DNA of 56,257 nt. It comes from a virus. Its lineage: Duplodnaviria > Caudoviricetes. Of the stretch, positions 27,101 through 39,100 are shown one piece after another (within the stretch, counting starts at the first letter, position 1; each line of letters opens with the position of its first letter). The stretch spans positions 1 through 56,257 of the IMG/VR virus record IMGVR_UViG_3300027754_002235; one strand, written 5' to 3'. The translations under genes and the position numbers were made by a program. The notes below the pieces were generated by a model. It had not been told where the DNA came from and made no database searches. It saw only the letters and a program-made list of their open reading frames with translations.

Positions 27101-30100
27101 AGTTTCTACATCCCAATTTGTTCCAGGACGAGTTGTAACAATCATTGTTAAATTATCAGTTACTACACCCGGCACCAATTCTTCTGGTCCATAACCAGCA
27201 GTAAATGCATCACCTTGTACGTCATATACTGTAGGAGATGTAATAAATAACCCTGTGTTTATCCATGTTACACCATCATCACTTTGAAGAACTACATTGT
27301 TATCCCCAACAATGGTAAATAAACTATCTGTACTATTCCAAATAATATCATTTAGATTAACTGATGTACCAGAAGATTGACTTGTCCATGTTACACCATC
27401 ATCGGATGATGTTAATATAACTCCTAATTCACCGATTGCCACAAACAATCCTAAATCATCTGCATATATAATGTTAGTTAGATTGTCACTTCCGGAACTT
27501 ACGTTTACCCAATTTGATCCATTTGTAGATGTAAATATGGTTCCATTATCACCTACTATAATTATAATATTATTGCCACTAGTTACTCCGTATATGCTTT
27601 CAGTAGATCCACTTGGTGTGACATCTGACCATGTAACTCCGTCCAAACTTCTTAATACAACACTTTTTGTTACAGTCGGTATAACACTATAATCCGGACC
27701 GTAACCCACAGCAATGAATCCAATAAAATTATTAATAGTAATACCGGATACACTATACAACACCAAATTAGTAACTCTATATCTTTCTACCCAATTATAA
27801 GCATCAATACTTGATACAATATTATCTCCTACTGCAACGTAAATATTATTTAAATATGATACTTTATTTAAACTAGTACTAGCTATAGATACCGAATTAG
27901 TTGTTAATCCACTAGTGGTCCATACAATACCATCATCACTAACAAAGATAGGTGTTGCATTGTTATTAGAAGTCATTACATACATGCCATTGAAATAACC
28001 AATATCACTTAATCCCAATAGTTGATTTGATAATTTATCCGAAATCCACGTAGAGTTATTTTTATATATTACATCTGAATATGTAGGTGTGTTGGCGGAT
28101 GCAAAATAAGTGACCCCATCAAATATAATACCAGTAGTATCTACTTCTATAGGACTAAATGGTTGGTCTTGTAATTCCGTATCCAATGTATATTCCTCTG
28201 CCGGAGGGAATGCATTGTCCATATATGTGCTATTTGGATATGTTATACCATCTACTAGTTGTGTTAAGTCTAGCCCCGGCATATTAATTGTAGGCTGATA
28301 ATAACCAACTATTCTGTCTAATGCGTTAAGTTTTCTACTATCACTCTGTAATAGTTCCCATTTACCAAATATAAACTCTGTATCGTTGTTACTGATGATA
28401 CATTGATAAACTCTATTGTTGTATTTGACAATACTTTGATTAAAGTAGAATGGCTCTGGTAATAATGCATAATCTCCTGCAATATACGGGAAACCTATAC
28501 CAGTAACTGGAATTTGCAGTAGAGCATCGCTATATACTTCACATTCTGTTGCAGAAATAATTTTTAAGTAATATTGTTCTACAACGTCATTTGGTGTTCC
28601 TGCGCATATAACAGATAGAATGGTACCATCAGATTCTAATGGTAAGAATTCATTATCTGGGTTAGCAGTAATAGTATCAATTGTATTAACTGTCATTACC
28701 AAATTGTTAGCAGGAGTTGTTCCACCTAATAAGTTACCCGGTATAGTTATAGTATTAGTTACTGTATATCCTTCGCCGGGATCAGTAATAGTTACTCTAT
28801 AGCCACCTAATATCCAACTTACATCAAATTCAGGTACTGCAGTAGGTTCTTGTGTAAATATTTTATTTGTGGATGCATTAGTTAAGGCGTAAACACTACC
28901 ACCAAGAGTATCTGATACTTTGATATACGGTTGACCGGTTACTGTCATGATTGCACCACTATCACTAGTTAAATCTATTTCACTACCACTAGGTGATAGT
29001 GATATTTTAAACTGTGTACCAGTAATTGAAGCACCAATAACATAATATGCAGTATCTAATATAGTTCCACCTAATGCAGTACCGGTAAATGTTATCAACA
29101 TGTTGTCATAAAAACCTGATGTACTAGTACAGGTTAACACATTTCCCGCACTAGTAGATGTTACATCTGTTTGTACAAAACCATTTTCAACAATATAATA
29201 TGTTGTACCACCGATTAACGTGCTATAATTACTAGGTACTGTGATTGGCATATTGTTGTAAATATTATTCAATCCACCACTTGCTGATGTTATACTTAGA
29301 TAATTGCCGGTTGCCAATGCATTATCTATTTCACGCTGTATTAAATTACCATCAGTGCCGGTTAACCCAAGGTAAGTAGTAGTAGAACCAGTTGGATAGA
29401 ATGTAAATTGTTGTCCTGTAACTTGGCCCGGGCTAATTGGTAATCCAACGTTACATGTCATATTTCCTGTTACAGTTGTTAATTGAACAGTATCTTTTTG
29501 ATCTGTTGCTGTACAAGTCCCAGTAGCATTAGCTAGTGCAAATGTTCCACCATTAATTATAGTAGATATTTGAAAGTTAGTACTATCAATAACGTTACTT
29601 ACATAATACGTAGTTCCTTGAACAATGTTACCAAATGTTGACACAGATGAACCACTGATAGACATATTATTAAATATGATTGGATCATTAATAGATAAAC
29701 CTAATGTTCCTTCACATGTAATATAATCAGTACTTGCGGTTGTGCTTGTAACATTGATAATTAACGGATCTTCGGATGTAGATATAGTAAAGTTCTCATC
29801 ATCTACTACCGTAGTAATGTAATATCTTTCATTTTCAATAATGCCACCAAATACAGTACCAGTAAAGAATACCGGTAAGTTAGTATAGAATCCGTTAGTG
29901 CCGCCTAAATTACTTGCTGTTAAGGGACTAGTTATTATATTGATAGTACCAGTAGTATTTGTGACATTTAATATGCCAGGATAGAATAGGGTAACTATAG
30001 CAGTATTTGTAACTTCACCTACATAAAGTAATAAACCTGCAGAACTAATAGTAGCATTACCTAAGGCAAATGTACCTCCACCAACAGAGCTTGCTATAGT

Positions 30101-33100
30101 AATTTCAGTATCATTTAAAATTTCTTTGATATAATATGTTGTGTTGGTAATTATATTACTTGCCCCGACTGCACCTTGAAACTTGATTGGCATATCAACA
30201 TAGAAACCAGTTGTAGGTCCAACTGTTCCTTCATCTGGCGCACCACCGGTTGATGGTTGAATAGTAATAATATCAGTAGCTGAAACAGTTGATACTACAT
30301 TTCTTGTACGTGAACTCCATTCTAAAACTTGGTCATTAGTGACACCTTCTATTTCAAATACTGCTCCCTGCGCACTGGCTAGAATAGTATCAATATTGGG
30401 TTGAGTTGATTCTAGGGTAATACTTGAACTAGATATTCTTACTGAATTGTTATATAATCCTGCATAATAACTACCATAAAATTGTCCACTTACCCAATCA
30501 ATTAATTGTGAATTATATGTTGTTCTATCAAATCTTAAAGCAATTTGATTTTCTCTAATTGGTATTGATGTAGAGACACAACTTGCTTTTGCACTGAGAT
30601 TTAATATATTATTATCACCTGAGCCTGTATTAAAGAATACAACACGGTCAACATTATTAATAGCATTACGGTAAGTTGTATATAATCCTACATTAAATGT
30701 AGGTGTAGATTCTAACACATTTACATAATAGTACTGATCTACATCTAACCCGCCAATAGCAGTTGTGTTTACACCTATAGTATATTTTATTAAATCACCG
30801 GTTTGTAACAATGGTACAGGTAATGTTATTGTGTTTGACAATGTATCAACATTATCTGCTGTGAATGTTATTGATAAGGAAGGATCAATTATAATTTCAG
30901 GTAATACTGCATAACCATCACCCGAATCAATTACATCTACACGTAATATTGAGTCTAAATTCATTACTGCTTGAAATACTGCCGCACGTCTTGGTTCTGG
31001 ATATATAGTAGTATCAATATATGCAATTACCCTAGGTGGGTTTATATATCCACGTCCACCATTTAACATCAATACTGCCGGTAAATCAATTGTAATATTT
31101 TGTCCAGGAATATGTACTGATATTGGTGTACCATTAACACCACGGGTTAATCCGCTTAGTGTGTTGTTTGATCGGTCAACATTAGAATAGCCTATCAACT
31201 CATCTCCAATTAATATTGTACCATTAATTGGGAAGCCATATGCATTATCTACCGCCATAGCTGAAGAATTTAATGCAACATAAGATGCTAATACAGTTAT
31301 TTGATAATCATTAACACCGGTAATGGCTAATCCATAATTATTAAACCATTCAGAATATAGAGCAGTTTGCCATATAGGATCAGTTGGTAAATATTGATTA
31401 ATTGCACTAGGATTAGTATATACTAATTCGGGAGTAATAAACTGTTGTACATCAATATTATATTGAGCAGGCAAATCAAAATCAGTCATATTTCCTGCAT
31501 ATAACTCAGAACCTGTATATTTAAATAAGAACTCTTTAATCACCACATGATATGGTTTAACTTCATTAATATAACCAGACAAGAAATCTTGATTATCTGA
31601 TTGGAATACTTCTATTGGTAATAACTCACGTATGGTATGTCCAACATCAATAAATGATGTTTTATTTAACCATGGTAAATAGTTCTGTGATTCAATTGAT
31701 TCACTTTGAATGAATTCAAATAATAGAATTAAACTTTTATTTCTAAAGATTAATAATTCATTTGTGTAAATTTCTTCATTTAATGCTCTTACAATACTAC
31801 GTGTTTCTTGTGATGGGTATGTATCATACGGCGTAGTATCAAAGAAATTATCCCCAAAGCCTAATCTGGCTGTGGCGTAATCCCATAAATCACTACTAAA
31901 TTCAATAGTACCGTCTTGTAAACCAATACGTTCCCATATATTCAAATTAGTATATACATAGGTTTCAGATTTACCGTCTCCATTTGCCGCAACAGTAACA
32001 ATTAACCCAGCTGTTGCATTTATTGTAGCTAAATCAGCATAGATGGATACTTGTAATGCTGATTTGGTATTATCATCATACCCTGTTGCCCACCAATTAA
32101 TATAATACCAATAATCTGTAGTAGAATAGAATGGTATAATTGGTCCGGTCCAAGGATTGACACTATAATATGGGTTGTCTGGATCGGGGTCTGTATTATA
32201 TACAGGATCAGTTGAACGATTTGTTACACCTTCAGTATATAAGAATAATGACCGACGTGTTTCACTAATAGGATATTGTGCTAGTATTTCATTAGCATAT
32301 GTTAAATAATTCTTCAATGCAAGTAATCTACTGACAAAGAAACTTTGTCTTGGTCTTGCATATATACCATATTGCACCGGTTTAGGTAAATATGGATCAG
32401 GGACTACCGCACCAGATTCATCTACACCACATAAACTATCTAACATTCTATCATACAATGATAGAGGAATATCTAATCCATTAGTAGTGGGTAATCCCGG
32501 TAAGAAATCATTAGCATAATTAGTACGAATTAAATTGTATAAACTATGTGATACATCATCATTTGTTCCAGTAGAATACCCAATATGTAATACTGTATCA
32601 TTGGCATTAATATTATCACTGCAATTATATAAAGCATAGATATCTTGTTCTAATGGAGCAAAATAACTTATACCTGAATTAATAGGTGATGCAATATAAG
32701 ATTGAATTATACTATCTGCTAATGTTTTACCTTGGTTAGTGAATATTATATTAGTATTTCTTACCCAATAAAAATATACAGGAGTTAATACACCGGTAGC
32801 ATTTAATGTATATTCTATTGCAAATGCATCAATATTAAAAGGTGTTCCGGGACCTGTATATGATATCGGGGGGACATTGCTTGTTATCCAACTATAAACA
32901 GTTACATCACTACCCGGGAATATTTGTCCCCACCATTTACTATTATATACAATATTATCCTGATGATAATTTACAAATCGTGTTGTGCTTGTGTTGAACC
33001 ATAATTGTCCAACCTGCGCCGCACCCCAAACCATCTCACTCAAGCCAATAGAATTATATCCGGCTGGATCAACATTAGACACTACATCAATATTCTCTCT

Positions 33101-36100
33101 AACTGAGCCTAATATTTTACCCTGTAATGGGTCAATATAATCTAAATTATCTAATGTATTATTAGTAATTGCACTATACAATAGTATGTTTTGAATTCTA
33201 CTAATATCAACAACTGGACTTGAGCTTCTATATACACTCCAATCAGGTGTTCCTGTAGAATTAAAATATGTTACAATTTGTCCTGCAACAGTATCTGGTT
33301 TAAAGTTTGGAGTACCAATAACTACGTGTGAAGCATTAAACTCTACAGCATGACCGTACATTGGTTGACTTCCGTACGTTTCATTAATGTCATTGGTACT
33401 TTGTGCATATACAAAATTACCACAATTTGTTAGTGATTCATTATAAACTGATAGGTAATCAAACATATAAACTGCGCCTGCATTTCTATATGTGTCTACC
33501 CATTGTGTAGTATTATTATCAAATAATGTATCGTTATCATAATCTTCATCATCAGTAGAATCAAATGTTGTTGCTTGATAACGTGTGGCTGTTGGCGCAC
33601 TTACAATAAATGAACTAAATTCATTAAATTTAACTACATTACCAAATTGAGTTGTACCTTGACCATGGGGGTCATTAATTGTTTGTGTTTGAGTATATGT
33701 ATTAAATCCTAATTCTGCCCATGTATTATTGTCCAATGTAGTAACATTAAGTTTATTATTAGCTGATGCTAATGCATTGTCTATTAAACTAATAATTAAC
33801 TTACCATCAATTGCAGTTGAGTGAACATTAGTAATATTTGCTTGATTAATAGCTGATGAGCTAGTAGTTGCATCACCTGCAGATAATACAACTAGATAAC
33901 CATTAATTAATATTTTTCTAGTTGTGGTAATGTTACAATCTGTAGTGCCAATAATCATGCCATACTTGCCGCCACCGCTTGTATAGCGGTACACTGCACC
34001 TTCTTGATTAGTACTGTTTAATTCAAACGGGGCGCCGACTAGTATTTCAGTAGCATATGTATTAGTGTCTACACTGATGCCAAATTGTACACCAATTCTA
34101 GGTGTGTTTTCAGTTGTAAGAGTTTGTGCTAATACAAAGTTATTACCACTGACATTAATAATATCACCGGCATTTAAACCTTGTACTATAGTAATAGTAA
34201 AGCCTACATTATAATATGTTGAATCAGCAATTAAAGTTCCGTTAACCGTGATGTATAGCGGAGTATCTTGTTGCACTGCACTCATAGTACTACTAGCAGT
34301 ATCTAATGGTGTTATAGGGCCGCCTCGATCAGCAGATATAGTAAATGTAGTTCCGGTTGGCTTGGCTAACACATAATACACAGTATCTAATGATACTCCC
34401 CCAAATGCAGTGCCGGTAAATACAATTGGATTATTTACTATTAAGCTAGAACTATCTGCACATGTTAATCTATCAGTAGAAGAATTAGTAGCAGTAACTG
34501 TTACCGTAGTTGTACTAGGTGTCCATGCTAATGTAAATGTTTGTGGGACATCGGGTAAACTTGTGAACTGTGATTCAAAATTTTGAACAGTTCTGTCATA
34601 GACGTAGGTATAGCCCCAATTTTCAGTAGAACCATTATAGTTTTGATCGGGTGTTCCAATTACAACTGTAGCACCATAATAATCTGTTGCTAATGAATAG
34701 CCAAAGTTATCATCATCACTTAATGACAAATCAATCGTATTAGATAGTTCATATTCTTCTGTGACAATTGAATAACGATAAACATATACTAGACTTGCAG
34801 AGGATGTTACTGCTGATATATATAACCAATTAGTATCACCAGATATAGCAACAGCACTACCCCACTCAGTTACACCACCAGGTGCTGTTATAGCAGATTG
34901 TAATGATTGTAATTCATCTACTGTTGTATTAACTACCAATTGATAAACATAAACTTCAGGTGTACCTGTAGGCTGTGATATTACAAATATATCATTAGCA
35001 TACGCAATTGTTGTGCCAAATGAAGCAGTACCGGTTAATGTTTGCATTAAATCATATCTATCAAATAATACATTGAAGGAATAACGATATGCAAAACCGG
35101 CATCAGCATCACCAATTAAGTATCCTAAAGTATCGGTATACGCAACAGCACTACCAAATGTTTCTGAACCGTCTTTAACTAATTCTGAATCGTATGCGTA
35201 ATTTAGACTTTTGCGATATACAGCCCAATCACCGTCGTTATTAGTATCCACCCAAACTTTGGTTTTAACAAATTCGGTGTTCAATAAAGGTAAATCAATG
35301 ATATCACTGGGATTAGCAACACGTTGTGATTGGAATTTAAAACCAATGCCTTGACCAGTTATACTAGTTATTGCCGAATCTAATACTACATTAACCAATA
35401 TACTATTAAGATTAATTATAGCATTCACTATATAATACCCATTTAAACTATTATTAAAGTTTACAATTGCAAACGGTTGATATTTTATTAATCCGTGAGG
35501 ATTGATAAATGTTATTGTTGCAGTACCATTTAAATTATTTTGTACAAATATTACTGAGCCTAAACTTACCGGAGTCATTACTTGCCACGTACCTTGATAA
35601 TCAGCTAACCAAACATATTGTCCTACATATAACTCTGATAATGGGGTAAAAAGACCACTAGGTGATGTGCTGGTTGCTAAGTTATAGTAATAATATGCCG
35701 CAATACGCATATCATTGAAATTAGCATAGCCTGCATAAGGGAATAATGTTGAAGGTGTATCTGTTGGTAATAACGGTAATACATCTGTGCTATTTACCGG
35801 GCGTCCATAATTATATAAACTATATAAAGGAACTTCTTGTTGTACACCGTCAGTAGCTATACCATTAGTCAAGCCAACAATGCTTGGATTACCGGTTAAT
35901 AAGTTTTGATTTAATTTAAAATCAATAAAGTTACTGTTTAATACACCGCCAAACTCACCTGACTTAATAGCCCAGTTTTCATATATATCATAATCAATAC
36001 CACCTTGTGGCAAGTTAGCTCCTTTGAAAACATTAACCGCATTTAATGTACCTTTATTCTTAATAAAGTTTTTATAAACATTAATTTGTGTAATATCAGT

Positions 36101-39100
36101 TAAATCAGCTAGTGCTAAGTAATCACGTGGACGATATCCAATTAAACTGAAACTTAATAGGTCAGCATCATTCTCTAAATTAGGACGATTAACATCATAG
36201 TATATTGTACTTTCATAAGAACGGGTACTAGTATTAGGTAACAAACCTTTTTGTATTTCATTGTAATCTGTTTGTTTCCATTCACGTTCTTCAAATATTT
36301 CTTTTGCTTGAATAATGGCTAAAGCGATCCAGTATTTGTTTTTGTACTTAACAATACTACCTGTTGTATATTTTACTGTTTTATCCCAAACAAGTATGTT
36401 ATCTTGATTTAAGATAAAACCCTGAGCATCAATTGTGCCGTTCCATTCTGCAGTTTTAACACCACGAACAGAAATACGATTTTGACGTAGTCCTGTAATC
36501 AAGTTATAAATTACATCATTAAATAATGTAACATTATCAAATACAATACCATGTTCAAAATTACTAATGCTAAATTGTCCATATGCAACTGTATCACCTG
36601 AATTTAATGGTTGCGCTGTAAATAGTGTTCCATCACGCACAATACTTAAATCAGTATTTTGTATTGGATATAAGTTTTGATTTAATACAAAATTTTGTCT
36701 TTGTAGTGTTAATGGTTGTACAATATAACTATCTTTGTTGATAGAAATTAAATTAGCTGCAGGGTTAATATTAACAATACTGCCGGGTTCCCATCCTGAT
36801 TGAGCCCAATACAAATACTCAGCTACCATCTGTCTCCAGCTTACTGTTAAGCCAGATTCAATTTGTTCAAACAATACGCCTTGACTTGCTAAATATCTTC
36901 CATACCCTTCTAGAAATTGTGATACCTGTTGTACTGTGATGAATTCAGTTCCATAGGCTACTACTTCAGTAGTATCATAATAGTTTTTAGCCAATTGTAC
37001 ACTCAATCCCTGAACAGATACTCTTTCATAATTACCATTAATTTTAGGTGTTAATATCTTAAAGTAAGCAGTAGTCTGACTGTTGCCATATACTTTATAA
37101 CCAGTACTTGTTAATTGTATAATCATACCACTGTAAATAATTTTATCAAATGGTTGATTATCGTATAACAATACTTGATAGCTTTCATCAGGAATCAATA
37201 AGCTACTATTGTTGCTATTAGCGGTTGATTTTTCAACATAGAATTTTAATAAATTCTTATCACTGAAGCCGGCAAGTCTGTATACTAATCTAACGTCAAT
37301 GTTAAATAACAAGTCAGTAATATTAGTAGTAGCATCAATACCTACTTGTTTTTCAAAGTCAACAATCCAATTGATATAACTTGTTTTAGCAGTACCATTA
37401 CCATAAATCTCTACGTCACTTATAACTAAATGGGTACGATCATTAACTAGGTATTGATCAAATTCTACATTGTATTTGTAGTTGTCAATATCAACACCTA
37501 GGTTAAAAAACTCAGCTGGTTTAGTCAATGCCAGTATACGCATTAAATCAAAAGGCCAACTACTACTTCTACGATATGAAAACTCTGCTGGGCCTACATC
37601 ACCAACTATCCAATTACGATTAAATGACGTATTACTATAGTTACCCACAATAGAAACAAAAGGTGATACTAAATTACCTTGACTATCTACAGGTAATACT
37701 TGTAATAATTGTGGACGCACAGCTGTGGGTATTACAACTGGATTACCATTATTCCAATCAATACCTTGTGCTAAATCATTCCACAATACTAAGTTATCGC
37801 TTGTGTATGGAGCAGGGCCATATCGTGTTTCCCACCATGTTGGTTGACCAGTAAATCCTAACATTTCCCATGGCATGGTATCAGGATTACTAGTGTCGTA
37901 GAAATATTCATATATACCTCTCCAATATCCTTGTGGAATAACTTCTCTGTTTATTTTATTTCCACTTTGATTATAGTTGTATGTAAATTCGTTATTAGCA
38001 CTATAAAATTGAGTTTTATAATTGATTCTATTTTGACCAACCCAATCTAAGAAACTAGTTGTGTAAATTTGCAATATTTCATCATAGCTATAATCTGTAT
38101 CTCTAAAAAAGCCCGGTAACACTTCATATTCTTGTATAGGAATAACATTACTTAATTTTAAATTGTTGTATATACGTTTTTCAAACTCAAGTAATACCTG
38201 ATCTCTAAAATCAATTAATACTCCGTCAATATATTCTCCGTATAATTTATTATATGAGCCATCGTGTCCTACAATAAAATATGTGGGTGGATTATATGCT
38301 GTATCTAATATAACAGACGGTATAGTTGAAGGGTATAATCCTAATTTTGTAGGAGTATTTGGAATATAACTTCCATATGTTTGATTATATTCTTTAACGG
38401 TAATTTGATCACCTGGTGCCAAATCTAATGTTACCGTTAATGACGGGCTATCAGAACTTATAGTGTAATCAACACCACTAATTAATTGAGTAATTATTCC
38501 CATTGTGTTAGTTATGTAAACTAATACACCATTATAATTAGCTGTAGCAAAATTATAAATTTTACTTAATGGGTATATACTCACATCTAATGCGTTTGCA
38601 AAACTATAGGTGTTAGTAATGTATGCCGCTTTTGATGGCAACATATCACTCCAAAAGAAACTATTACTATCTGTTTTTGCGTTAGTAATTGTATCTAACG
38701 CATTATCTAACATAGTTGAAGGAGATAAACGTTGAGTAAAATCTGTAGTATTAATTGTATCAACTAACAAAGTTTTAAATGTAATATATTCCTTGCTATT
38801 ATACATTAACGCATTGAATAAATTATGATTCTGTTTACGTAAAAATGCTCCGGGTAATACTAAACTTGCACTATTTTGTATAATCTTATTACCATATGGA
38901 ACCATGTTACCCAAGTCACGGTAATTGTTTGCGCCAAATACATCGCCGGTTGTATTTAGATTATTATAGAAACTACTTTGATATTGACCGCGAATATCAC
39001 CTATATTAACTCCAATAATATCTTCATTAAGTGGATTATTATTTAAATTGACTGGTATTTCGTAATACGCAGTTTCACTCACCTGATCACTTAATAATAA